Assembly: GCA_034521815.1 (NCBI GenBank)
Contig: JAXHLW010000013.1
Coordinates: forward strand, 800,001-864,000
DNA length: 64,000 bases
From: Trueperaceae bacterium
GTDB lineage: Bacteria; Deinococcota; Deinococci; Deinococcales; Trueperaceae
Direction: 5' to 3'
Position numbers and translations under genes: made by a program. Each line of letters opens with the position of its first letter. Positions within the stretch are counted from its first letter, which is position 1. The notes beneath the pieces are model-generated. The model saw only the letters and a program-made list of their open reading frames with translations. It was not told the origin of the DNA and made no database searches. This document shows, one piece after another, positions 37,350 through 47,258 of the stretch.

Positions 37350-37426
37350 GGCGATGTAGCTCAGCTGGTTAGAGCGCACGACTCATAATCGTGAGGTCCG
37401 GGGTTCAAGTCCCCGCATCGCTACCA
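37350..37426 (+). tRNA. tRNA with CAT anticodon, probably elongator tRNA-Met
   Basis: Cloverleaf GGCGATG...CT-CAT-AA...TTCAAGT...CATCGCT-A-CCA. It lacks initiator features; Ile2 cannot be formally excluded. Upstream TTGCCC-17-TAGACT. Confidence 0.93.
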
Positions 37427-37456
37427 AACGGACACGCTTCAGAAGCGCAAGAAAGG

Positions 37457-37477
37457 ACCCCCGCCTAAAGCGGGGGT
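37457..37477 (+). terminator. Hairpin terminator after tRNA-Met
   Basis: ACCCCCGC-ctaaa-GCGGGGGT followed by TCGCTT. Confidence 0.7.
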
Positions 37478-37936
37478 TCGCTTATCGACGGCTACTCACC
37501 GTCGACGCGCCAGACGATGGGACGGCGTAGCCCCTTGGCGGTTCGTCGGGATCGCTTGTTCGGACCGGCACAGCGCCGTGTCGTCCGAAACCAATCATGG
37601 ACGTGCGTCACGGACGCGCTTCGACATGAGCCGCGAGTGAGCCCGGTCGAATGCATCCGATCTACCCCCTCGGGCATTCCATCAGTCGAAAGGAGGACGC
37701 GCCACCGCACCCACCGGTCGGTCCGCCTGGACCGCTGCCCGCTTGGGAGAGTTCCCGAAGCCGGGCGCCAGGGCCGACCACCATCCCCGCCACGAACCCA
37801 ACCCCCGATCGCGTCCGCCACAGCGACGTGCCGAGGGGTGAGAGGAACCGAGATGAAGAACCGCTACGACCCGACGACGCTGTTCAGCCGCACATGATGG
37901 GATCCGCTTGACTGGCCTGCTGGGCAACTGGGCTTG

Positions 37937-38822
37937 ATGGCGGCGCTGCGGCGTGCAGCTCGGTGATCGCGCAACCAGGCGAGGATACCGATGTAGACGC
38001 GGAGATCCTGAACTTCGCGCTGAACCTCGAGTACCTCGAAGCCGAGTTCTACCTCGCGGCCGTGGGCCGCACGGCCTCCTACGAGGCCGAGGTCGGTGGC
38101 GGCACCGTGATGACGAACGGTCCCGTGGACTTCACCGGAACGCCGGACCTCGAGGCTCTGGCGAACGAGATCGCCGACCACGAGGAAGCGCACGTCGTCT
38201 TCTTGCGGTCGGCCCTGGGCTCCGCAGCGGTCGATCGCCCGAACCTCGACCTCCGGGGCGGGGTCGGTGGCGCGTTCGGTACGGCCGCCCGGGCGGCGGG
38301 CTCCACCGCGGGCTTGGACGCCGCCACCCTGGACGTCCTGGAGACGTTCAGCCCCTACACCAACGGCTTGTTCTTCCTGCACGGGGCGTTCATCTTCGAG
38401 GACGTCGGCGTCACCGCCTACAAAGGGGCCGCACCGCTTCTCGCGAACAAGGACACCTTGGAAGCCGCCGCCGGGATCCTGGCGGTCGAGGCGTACCACT
38501 CCGGCGAGGTCCGCACCCAGCTGTACCAGGAGCGCGACACGGTCGCGATCCCGCGGACGCGCGGCGGAGCCGGCAACGTCGAACTGACCGTCCAGTCGAT
38601 CGTCGCGCGATCTCCGCGCTCCGCGCCGCGCTCGGAGGCGGCAAAGATCAGTCCATCGTGGTGGACGGTAGCGCCAACATCGTGCCCGCCGACGCGAACG
38701 CGATCGCCTTCAGCCGCACGCCGGCCGAAGTGTTGGACATCGTGTACGGCGGCGGCGTCGGCGGCGGCCTGTTCTTCCCGGACGGCGTCAACGGCGACGT
38801 CCGCGCTGCTTTAGTCGCGTAA
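37937..38822 (+). pseudogene. Ferritin-like desiccation-related protein (PCC13-62/DR_B0118 type), frameshifted
   Basis: ILNFALNLEYLEAEFY, EIADHEEAHV, FEDVGVTAYKGAA, ILAVEAYH. After about 38607 the conserved NIVPADANAIAFSRTP...FFPDGVNG end is in another frame. The lipobox is also split near 37948. Confidence 0.8.
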
Positions 38823-38913
38823 CGCGCCCCACGAGCGGGAGGGCGACTCATGTACGCCTTCCCGCTCGCCGCCGCCGCCTGCCTGAAATGGCGAAGCGTA
38901 GCGGTGGGGTACG

Positions 38914-39000
38914 TGGTGCCGGGAACGGGGCTCGAACCCGTACGCCCTCGCGGGCAGCGGATTTTAAGTCCGCAGCGTCTACCGATTCCGCCATCCCGGC
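38914..39000 (-). tRNA. tRNA-Leu (TAA anticodon)
   Basis: Reverse complement GCCGGGATGGCGGAATCGGTAGACGC...CT-TAA-AA... with long variable arm ...TTCGAG...TCCCGGC-A-CCA. Confidence 0.96.
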
Positions 39001-39053
39001 ACGCGTGGAACATGCACGGGCGAGGACGCAGAGCGCATCCCCGCCTACGAGGC

Positions 39054-40664
39054 TCACACCAGGTACGCCATCGCGTCCGCCCGGTCGCCCGTCGCCCGAG
39101 CGTCGTCCCAACCGAGCTCGCCGGCCAGCAGCTCGCTGACCCGGGGCAGGGCGGAGATCGCCGCGTCGCGATCGAGGAACCCGAGCCGGGTCCGCCTGGC
39201 CAGAACGTCGACGCTGGTGCGGGCCAGCTCCTCGCGCGCCGTATGGATCACCTCGGCCTCGATGAACGCGTGGCTCTCGGCCAGACGGGCACCGAGGTCC
39301 TCGTCGCGGGCCAGCTCGGCGACACGCGCGGCGCGATCGCCGTACGCGCGGTTCAGGTGACTCGCGACATCGTGATCGATGCCGAACCGCTCTTGCAGCT
39401 CGCCGGCACCGGCGGAGCTGTACGCCTCGCCGCCCATCAGGTACAGCTCCGAGGTCCTCGACGGACCGGCCTGGAGACCGCCGACGCGCATCGCCTGATC
39501 GACCGCGTCGATCGCCATCTTGCGATAGGTGGTCCACTTGCCGCCGGCGATGGTGACCAGCTCGCCCTCGGAAATGTTCACGAGGTGGTCGCGCGACAAT
39601 CCGGCGGTATCGGCCGCCTCGGGGTTCGAGACGAGGGGCCGCAGGCCGGACCAGCTGGACAGGACGTCTTCGCGCGTGACGGGCATCGAGAAGTACTGAC
39701 GCACGTGACGGAGCACGTACTCGATCTCGTCCTCGTGGGCCTTGGGGTGGTACTCGATCTCGGCGGGGTTGTCGGTGGTGCCCACCAGGGTGTGGCCCAG
39801 CCAGGGGAGCAGGAACAGCACCCGTCCGTCCTCGGTCTCCGGAATCAGGAGGCCGGTCTCGGGTGGGCTGAACCGTTTGTCCAGCACGACGTGAATCCCG
39901 CTGCTGGCGGTCAGCATCGGCTTCACGGACGGATCCTCCATGCGCCGGATCGCGTCGGTGAACGGACCGGTGGCGTTGACGACCACGCGTGCCCGCACCT
40001 CGGTCTCCCGGTCGGTCTCGAGGTCGCGCACGACCGCTCCCCGGACCTTGCCGTCCGCCATGACCAGCGAGGCGACCTCGACGTGGTTCGCGACGACGGC
40101 GCCCTGCTCGGCCGCCGTCACGGCGATCGCGACGTTCATTCGCGCGTCGTCGAACTGGCCGTCGTAGTACACGACGCCGCCCCGAAGCCCGTCCGGCTTC
40201 AGCATCGGAAAGCGCTCGAGCGCCTCCTTGGCGTCGACGAAGCGGCTCGGATGCAGGTTGGTCTTTCCGGCCAGCCAGTCGTACATCTTCAGGCCGGTCA
40301 TGAAGTAGGGAACCTGCAGCCAGTTGTACAGCGGTGTCACCAGCGGAATCGGCTTGGCGAGGTGCGGCGCGATCTTGATCAGCATCGCCCGCTCCCGCAG
40401 AGCGTCGCGAACGAGGGCGAACTGACTGCGGTCGAACTGCTTCACGGCTTTCTCGAGGTAGCGCACCCCGCCGTGGATCAGCTTCGTGCTGCGGCTGCTG
40501 GTTCCCGCCGAGAAGTCGTCCCGCTCGACCATCGCGACCTTCAGCCCGCGGCTGGCGGCGTCGAGAGCGACGCCCGCGCCGGTCGCGCCGCCGCCGATCA
40601 CCAACAGGTCGAACGTCTCCTCGCCCAGCTTCCTCAGGTGCGCGTCCCGATCGATGCGGCTCAT
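39054..40664 (-). CDS. glpD: FAD-dependent glycerol-3-phosphate dehydrogenase
   Basis: [56 protein letters not shown]. Confidence 0.95.
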   Translation of the reverse strand: MSRIDRDAHLRKLGEETFDLLVIGGGATGAGVALDAASRGLKVAMVERDDFSAGTSSRSTKLIHGGVRYLEKAVKQFDRSQFALVRDALRERAMLIKIAPHLAKPIPLVTPLYNWLQVPYFMTGLKMYDWLAGKTNLHPSRFVDAKEALERFPMLKPDGLRGGVVYYDGQFDDARMNVAIAVTAAEQGAVVANHVEVASLVMADGKVRGAVVRDLETDRETEVRARVVVNATGPFTDAIRRMEDPSVKPMLTASSGIHVVLDKRFSPPETGLLIPETEDGRVLFLLPWLGHTLVGTTDNPAEIEYHPKAHEDEIEYVLRHVRQYFSMPVTREDVLSSWSGLRPLVSNPEAADTAGLSRDHLVNISEGELVTIAGGKWTTYRKMAIDAVDQAMRVGGLQAGPSRTSELYLMGGEAYSSAGAGELQERFGIDHDVASHLNRAYGDRAARVAELARDEDLGARLAESHAFIEAEVIHTAREELARTSVDVLARRTRLGFLDRDAAISALPRVSELLAGELGWDDARATGDRADAMAYLV

Positions 40665-42157
40665 TCGGCCGCCTCCTCCCAAGCGGTCGCTCGGCCGACC
40701 GCCTTGCCCCAACCGTCCAGAAGGGCCTGGCGCTCGGCGTCCTGCATCTCGGGCTCGAAGCGGGCGTCCTCGGCCCACTGGGCCTCGAGCTCGTCGCGAC
40801 CCGACCAGAAGTCGACGGCCAGTCCCGCCAGGTACGCAGCGCCCAGCGCCGTGGTCTCGGTGATCTTCGGTCGGACGATCGGCACGCCCAGCACGTCCGC
40901 CTGGATCTGCATCAACAGGTCGTCGTTCGACGCGCCGCCGTCCACGCGCAGCTCCTCGAGACGGATCTCGGCGTCCGCCTCCATCGCCCTGATGACGTCG
41001 TGCACCTGGAACGCGATCCCTTCGAGCGCTGCGCGGGCGATCTCGGCGGCGCCGCTGCCGCGGGTCAGCCCGAAGATCGCACCGCGGGCGTACGGATCCC
41101 AGTGGGGCGCGCCCAGTCCCGCGAAGGCGGGGACGAGGTACACCCCGCCGTTGTCCTTCGCCTTGCGGGCGAGCTCCTCGACGTCCTCGCTGCGACGGAT
41201 GATGCCGAGGCCGTCGCGCAGCCACTGCACGACCGCGCCGGCGATGAAGATGCTGCCTTCGAGCGCGTAGTCCAGACCGTCCTGGTCCCAGGCGATGGTC
41301 GTCAGCAGCCGGTTCTTCGAGGCGATCGACTCGCTGCCGGTGTTCATCACCATGAAGCCGCCCGTGCCGTACGTCATCTTGCCCTGGCCGGGCCGGAAGC
41401 AGACCTGACCGAAGGTGGCGGCCTGCTGATCGCCGGCGATGCCCGCGATCGGGACCTCGGCGCCGAACGCTGCGGCCGGGACGCTGCCGACCACGCCGGA
41501 GCTGGCCACGACCTCGGGCATCAGCGCGCGCGGGATGTCGAACGCGTCCAGCAGCGAGTCGCTCCAGTCGAGGCGGTGGATGTCGTAGAGCATCGTGCGG
41601 CTGGCGTTGCTGACGTCGGTCACGTGGACCTCGCCGCGGGTGAGCCGCGCGATCAGCCACGAATCGATCGTGCCGAACGCCAGCTCGCCCGCTTCGGCAC
41701 GGGCGCGTGCGCCGTCGACGTGGTCGAGGATCCAGGCGATCTTGCTGGCGGAGAAGTAGGCGTCGGGGACCAGCCCGGTGCGTGCCACGATCTCGTCGCC
41801 CAGGCCCTGCTCGACCCAGCGCTGAATCGTCTCGGCGGTCCGTCGATCCTGCCAGACGATCGCACGGTGGATCGGCTGCAAGGTGCGCCGGTCCCAGATC
41901 ACGGTCGTCTCGCGCTGGTTCGTGATGCCGATCGCCGCCACGTCGCTCGGACGGACGTCCGAGCGAGCCATCACCTCGGTCGCGACGGCGGACTGGCTGC
42001 TCCAGATCTCGTTCGGGTCGTGCTCGACCCAGCCGGGCCGCGGATAGTGCTGTTCGAACTCGCGCTGCGCGACGGCGACGATCGTGCCGTCACGACCGAA
42101 GAGGATGGCTCTGGAGCTGGTCGTGCCTTGGTCGAGGGCCAGGATGGTGTGGGCCAC
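40661..42157 (-). CDS. glpK: Glycerol kinase
   Basis: [50 protein letters not shown]. Confidence 0.97.
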   Translation of the reverse strand: MAHTILALDQGTTSSRAILFGRDGTIVAVAQREFEQHYPRPGWVEHDPNEIWSSQSAVATEVMARSDVRPSDVAAIGITNQRETTVIWDRRTLQPIHRAIVWQDRRTAETIQRWVEQGLGDEIVARTGLVPDAYFSASKIAWILDHVDGARARAEAGELAFGTIDSWLIARLTRGEVHVTDVSNASRTMLYDIHRLDWSDSLLDAFDIPRALMPEVVASSGVVGSVPAAAFGAEVPIAGIAGDQQAATFGQVCFRPGQGKMTYGTGGFMVMNTGSESIASKNRLLTTIAWDQDGLDYALEGSIFIAGAVVQWLRDGLGIIRRSEDVEELARKAKDNGGVYLVPAFAGLGAPHWDPYARGAIFGLTRGSGAAEIARAALEGIAFQVHDVIRAMEADAEIRLEELRVDGGASNDDLLMQIQADVLGVPIVRPKITETTALGAAYLAGLAVDFWSGRDELEAQWAEDARFEPEMQDAERQALLDGWGKAVGRATAWEEAAE

Positions 42158-42261
42158 GTGGTGCCTCCTCGGGAAGCCGATGCCGTCTCATGGGCGATGG
42201 TACGAGGATCGTATCACGCCCCTGGGCACCGTCTGGGAGGCGGCTGAAGCCGGCGTCGCCG

Positions 42262-42714
42262 TCAGTCCGACTCGCGGGCGGGCTGCGGAACGAGTCGCGC
42301 CCGGGCCCACGCCCGCTCACCGGCCAGGCGCCGGGCCAGGGCCTCGGGCGCCCGTGGCAGCCCCGATGCGCGCCGACGGACCGAGCTCTCCGACCGGCCG
42401 GTGCGGAGCGCGTCCGACACCGCGGACTGCAGCTCGGCGTCGCCGATCGCGTGACGGCTGAACGCGAGGAACGCGAAGCGTCCCTGGTCGGGGAAGACGT
42501 GCAGCACGAGGTGCGCCTCGTCCAACAGCAGCACGTGGCTGCTGCCGTCCGCCTCGATCAGGCGAACCGGCGCGGGAACGTCGTCGCCTTCGATGCGGTG
42601 GGCCAGATCGCGCAGCAGGCGATCCAGGGCGTCAGGGTCCGACAGCGGCTCGGTTCCCGCCCCGCGACCGTCGAGCGTCAGGAGCGTGCCGGTGGCCAAA
42701 GGTTCGCTGGGCAT
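42262..42714 (-). CDS. S-adenosylmethionine decarboxylase-like protein, predicted catalytically inactive
   Basis: GSSHVLLLDEAHLVLHVFPDQGRFAFLAFS aligns without gaps to the class 1 AdoMetDC consensus [31 protein letters not shown]. It has its own TACGAT -10 box. Confidence 0.7.
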   Translation of the reverse strand: MPSEPLATGTLLTLDGRGAGTEPLSDPDALDRLLRDLAHRIEGDDVPAPVRLIEADGSSHVLLLDEAHLVLHVFPDQGRFAFLAFSRHAIGDAELQSAVSDALRTGRSESSVRRRASGLPRAPEALARRLAGERAWARARLVPQPARESD

Positions 42715-42795
42715 CGGCGAGATCGTACCAGAGCGATCGAACGCCGAGAGGCGGCCCCATCGCCTCGCTGACCCGCGCGCGTCGGCGCGCGCGGG

Positions 42796-44112
42796 TCAGC
42801 CTTTCACCCCGCCGGACTGGTACTGGCCGGTGAGCGCCTCCTGGAAGCTGTAGAAGATGGCCAGGATCGGTAGCGATCCCAGCACGGCGCTGGCCGCCAG
42901 CGCGCCCCACTGGGTGTCGAACCGGCCCGTCGTGAAGTTGCGCAGCCCGATGCCGACCGTCCAGTTCTCCTGACCGATCAGCAGCGTGTTCGCGAGGATG
43001 AACTCGCTGTAGGTGTTGATGAACTGCAGCAGGAAGATGAACAGCAGCATCGGCACGCTGATCGGCAGGATGATCCGCATGAACGCCCCCCAGCGGGTCG
43101 CGCCGTCCACGCGGGCGGCCTCCTCGAGCGCGGGACTGATCGACTCGAGGTAGCCCTTGAAGATCCAGGCGCTGAACGCGATCGCGCCCCCCGAGTAGGC
43201 GAGGATCAGCCCGGTGAAGGTGTTGATCAGATCGAGGTAGCTCATCAGGTAGTAGATCGCGACGAGCGCCATGAAGCCGGGGAACATCTGCACGAACACG
43301 AAGGTGAGGAGCGTCTGGTAGCGCCCCTCGAAGCGCATGCGGGCGAAGGCGTACCCCGCCGTGGTGCTGATCGCGACGGCGAACAGGCCCGTCATGCCCG
43401 AGACCAGCAACGTGTTGCGGATGTACAGCACGATCGTACGGTCGCTGGCGGCCGAGACGCGGGTCCCGTCGGCGGCCACGGTGTAGAACTGGCCCGGTCC
43501 GATGCTGACGACCAGCGCGGCCAACGCACCGAACAGCACGAACCCCGCGGTTCGCCGGTAGTCGTCGGCGCGGTGGCCGGGAATCCTCTCCGCCCGGGCG
43601 GCCGCCGCCACCCCGATCAGGGCCAGCAGACCGGCGACGGCGAGCGCGACGAAGATCCACTGGTAGGGGACGACGTGCGTCGCGGAGAGCACCTTGCGGT
43701 ACTGCTCGAGCGAGATCTGCGAGGGATCGGGCAGGATTCCGGCGCGAACCCAGAGGGGTCCCTCGCGGGGTAACGATCCGGCCAGCGTGTCGTTGCGGTT
43801 GAACGACACGGCCAGCAGGTAGATGACGGGATAGAACGTCGTCGCGATGGCGGTCCACAAGAACAGGTGCGTCCCGGCGGTGATCGCGTAGCGGCCGGCA
43901 CGCAGCGGCCGCCGGGAGCGGCCCCACAGCCAGGCGCTGCCCGCCACCCCGCCGATCCCGAGGATCAGGGCGCCCAGAATGCGCGTCCATCCCCACGGAA
44001 CGACCAGGAAACGGTCTCGCACGACGGCGTCCGGCGCCGTCGCGAACAGGGCCCAGATCCCGAAGGCGCAGAGCGCCAGCAGGACCGGAATGGGAAGGTC
44101 GCTGCGCCTCAT
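42796..44112 (-). CDS. Maltose/maltodextrin-type ABC permease (MalG-like)
   Basis: AGYAFARMRF, QMFP, LEEAARVDGA, EFILA, GGVKG terminus. Confidence 0.9.
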   Translation of the reverse strand: MRRSDLPIPVLLALCAFGIWALFATAPDAVVRDRFLVVPWGWTRILGALILGIGGVAGSAWLWGRSRRPLRAGRYAITAGTHLFLWTAIATTFYPVIYLLAVSFNRNDTLAGSLPREGPLWVRAGILPDPSQISLEQYRKVLSATHVVPYQWIFVALAVAGLLALIGVAAAARAERIPGHRADDYRRTAGFVLFGALAALVVSIGPGQFYTVAADGTRVSAASDRTIVLYIRNTLLVSGMTGLFAVAISTTAGYAFARMRFEGRYQTLLTFVFVQMFPGFMALVAIYYLMSYLDLINTFTGLILAYSGGAIAFSAWIFKGYLESISPALEEAARVDGATRWGAFMRIILPISVPMLLFIFLLQFINTYSEFILANTLLIGQENWTVGIGLRNFTTGRFDTQWGALAASAVLGSLPILAIFYSFQEALTGQYQSGGVKG

Positions 44113-45719
44113 GTGTTCGATACCTCCTTCAGCGCGCCGGTGACGCGGAAGTTGACGAGGCTGACGGCCAGCGTGATCGCGAAGATCAGCAGACTGATCG
44201 CCGACCCCAGGCCGTAGGCGTAGCCGCCTTGGCTCCTGAACGCTTCGTTGTACGCCCAGCTGATCAGGATGTCGGTGCCTCGCGCCGTCGCGGTGCCCCA
44301 GTCGACGGCCGGCCCGCCGTCGGTCAGGAGGTAGATGATGTTGAAGTTGTTGAAGTTGAACGCGAAGCCGGTCAGGGTGATCGGCACCAGCGCGGTTCTC
44401 AGGAGCGGAGCGGTCACGTCGGTGAACGAGCGCCAGGCCGAGGCGCCGTCGATGCGGGCCGCCTCGTACAGCTCCCTCGGGATCGCCGAGAGGGCGCCCA
44501 AGACCGCCACCATCATGAACGGGTACCCCAGCCACAAGTTGACCAGCAGGACCGCGCCTCGCGCGGGCCACTCGCTGCCCAGCAGCCAGTTCACCGGCTC
44601 CGGCGTGATGTCGAGAAGCATCAGGAGCCTGTTGATCGCTCCGAAGTTCTGGTTCAGGAACCCGCGCCACACCTGGATCGTGATGATGTTCGGCAGCGCC
44701 CAGGGAATGATCAGCAGGGTGCGGTACAGCCCGCGGAAGCGTAGATCGGGATTGTTGAGGAGAACCGCCAGGAGCGTGCCCACGGCAAGATTCACGATCA
44801 CCGTGATCGTCGCGAACGCCACGTTCCACACGAACACCGGGCCCAGCGCGCGCGACGCCTGCGAGAAGATCGCTCGGAAGTTCCGCAGTCCGATGTAGCC
44901 GAAGTCGTTGTAGCGAGCGATCGAGACGACGTCGAAGCCCTCTGGAAGCGGCTCGGCGAGGCGCACCGTGGTCCCGTCGTCCGAGGCGATGTCGACCTCG
45001 AGCACGGCGCGCTCGAGCCGAAGCACGACGTCGCCGAGATCGGGGGGGAACGGCGGTGCGCGCTCCAGCACCAGCGTGGCGCCCTCGACGCGCGCGACGG
45101 CGCTTTCGAAGGTGAGCCCGACATCGGGCAGGTACAGGTCCACACCCCGAACCGCCCGGCCCTCCGGTGGCGGCGCTGCCAGCTCGAGGCGTGCGCCAAT
45201 GATCGCGATCGCCTCGACGTCTGCGTCACCGGAGCCGTACACGCGGGCGCGAACGCCTGTGCAGCCGGCCCGAAGGTCGACGCAATCGAACACGCGGGCG
45301 TCGGCGATCTGGACCATGGTGCGGTCGGGGCCGACGGCCACGACGTTCGTCTCGCTGGCCACGTTCAGCTGGCCGTTGCGGATGCCTGCGTAGTCGGTGA
45401 AGGCGAGGATGACGGTCAGGACGACGGGGAAGAGGGTGAAGGTGAGCAGGAACACGAGCGCCGGCAGCAGGTAGTACCAGGGCAGGATCCAGTCGTAGCG
45501 GCGTGCGATCGCCCGCAGGGTCGGGATCAGCGTGGCGATGCCGCCGAGGATGCCCAGCCAGACCGGCGCGTCCGGAACGAACCAGCGTGCGATCACGACG
45601 GTGAGGAGTCCTCCCGCCGCAGCGATCAGCAGCGCCAGCGAAAGCAGGGCGAGCGACAGCAGCAGGCCGCCTCGGCCGCGGCGCGGCAGGAAGTCGGCCA
45701 GAGGTCGGGAGATGTCCAC
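44109..45719 (-). CDS. Maltose/maltodextrin-type ABC permease (MalF-like, large periplasmic loop)
   Basis: AFTDY, IIPWALP, WLGYPF, LYEAARIDGA, FAFNFNNF, TDILIS. Confidence 0.9.
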   Translation of the reverse strand: MDISRPLADFLPRRGRGGLLLSLALLSLALLIAAAGGLLTVVIARWFVPDAPVWLGILGGIATLIPTLRAIARRYDWILPWYYLLPALVFLLTFTLFPVVLTVILAFTDYAGIRNGQLNVASETNVVAVGPDRTMVQIADARVFDCVDLRAGCTGVRARVYGSGDADVEAIAIIGARLELAAPPPEGRAVRGVDLYLPDVGLTFESAVARVEGATLVLERAPPFPPDLGDVVLRLERAVLEVDIASDDGTTVRLAEPLPEGFDVVSIARYNDFGYIGLRNFRAIFSQASRALGPVFVWNVAFATITVIVNLAVGTLLAVLLNNPDLRFRGLYRTLLIIPWALPNIITIQVWRGFLNQNFGAINRLLMLLDITPEPVNWLLGSEWPARGAVLLVNLWLGYPFMMVAVLGALSAIPRELYEAARIDGASAWRSFTDVTAPLLRTALVPITLTGFAFNFNNFNIIYLLTDGGPAVDWGTATARGTDILISWAYNEAFRSQGGYAYGLGSAISLLIFAITLAVSLVNFRVTGALKEVSNT

Positions 45720-45809
45720 GAGCGTCCCCTTCGCAGCGCGACCTGGAACGACGACGGTGACCAGAGCGCACCCTGGTCACCGTCCGGTTCCTTGCGCGTC
45801 CTCCCTAGC

Positions 45810-46995
45810 TCACTCGCCCGTGATCTCGCGGACGGCCTGTTCGAGAGCGGACGCGACGTCGGCGTCGGCACTTTCGGTGATGACGGCCAGCGCGTTCGCC
45901 ATCGGGCCCCACACCTGGCCCATCTCGGGGATGTTCGGCATCGGCTCGGAGGTCAGCAGCGCCTCGCCGAAGCCGGCGACGATCGGGTCCTCGGCCACCT
46001 GCGCGAGAGCCTTCTGCGAGGCGGGCACGCGTCCCTCGAGCTGCGCGTAGCCCAGCTGCGAGTCGGAACGCGTCAGCCACTTCGCCGAGGTTGACCGCGT
46101 CCGTCCCGCGCTCGCTGAACTCGTTCACGAGAACGCCCTGGACGCCCATGAACCCCGACCACGGCGTGCCGTCGGCCAGGGGCGGCATCGGCGCGACGCC
46201 TACGTCGATGCCGGCCTCGCGCGCCTGTCCGACCGCCCACGGGCCGGTGTAGAACATCGCCAGCGCGCCGTCGATGAACAGCCCGTTCGCGACGTCGTAG
46301 TTCGTTCCGGCCGGAACGATGCCGTGCTCGAAGCGGAGCGCCTGGAGCTCCTGGCCGCCACGAACGGCGCCCTCGTTGGCGAGTCCGACGTCGGTGGCAT
46401 CGAGCGTGCCATCGGTCCGACCGAACACGTAGCCGCCGAAGGTGTGAAGCCAGCCGTAGCTGAAGTAGAAGTTGTTGATGTCGTACAGGAAGCCGAAGGT
46501 GTCGCTGGTGGTGAGCTCCTGCGACAGCTCGATGAACCGCTCGTATGTGGCCGGAATCTCCGTCACGAGATCGCGGTTGTACAGGAGCGCCGGACCTTCG
46601 ACGAAGAGCGGCAGACCGAACAGGCGACCGTTGTAGGTGAACGCGAGCCGGGACTGTTCGCCGAGGTCGGAGAGGTAGCCCTCCGTAGCGGCGTTGCTGA
46701 GATCGGCGAGCACCCCGCCGACCGCCATCTCGGCCATCTGATCGTGCGGAATGCCGACGATCACGTCGCCCGCCTGCCCTTGCGGGGCGGAGAGGAGCAT
46801 CTGCTGCTTGAGCTCGTTGATGTCGAGCTTCACGACCTCCACCTCGACGCCGAACGCGGCCGCGAAGTCGGCGACGTCCTGCTGCAGGTAGTCCAGCGTG
46901 GGGTTGTTGAACGTCGTCCAGACGGTGAGCCCCTGAGCGAAGGCCGCTCCCGTCACCATCCCGAGAGCCAGGAGGCTTGCGATGACTCGCTTCAT
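45810..46995 (-). CDS. Maltose/maltodextrin-type ABC substrate-binding protein, frameshifted near 46086
   Basis: Signal peptide, PHDQ, LLYNRDL, GPWA, FMGVQG. The C-terminus KWLTRS...PMPNIPEMGQVW is in another frame after CTCGGCG (one extra G). Confidence 0.88.
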
Positions 46996-47258
46996 GTCCA
47001 TCCCCTTTCGTTCCTGTGACACCGAAGCCGACCGCGAAGCGGACTCGAGGTCGCCCTCGTCGCCGCTCTCGGGCCGGTTCGCCGGTCGTCGGTCACGCAT
47101 CGAGTGTACCTCCGGAATGCCCGCTGCGGTAGGTCGTGTGCGGAGGCACGCCGCGACGCCGACCGACGGATCGTGCGCCGACAGACGCCGTCGGAGACGC
47201 GTTCGTCGCACCGCGTTCGTCGCACCGGTCGTCGCACGCGCGAGCGCACCGCCGCGAA

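Noticed and set aside
37427..38913. Active integrative element or prophage at the tRNAs
   Set aside because: No integrase, transposase or att duplication visible.
34690..46100. Programmed frameshifting as a shared mechanism in gcvT, the ferritin-like gene and the sugar-binding gene
   Set aside because: No common slippery sequence or stimulator; indel errors or decay are simpler explanations.
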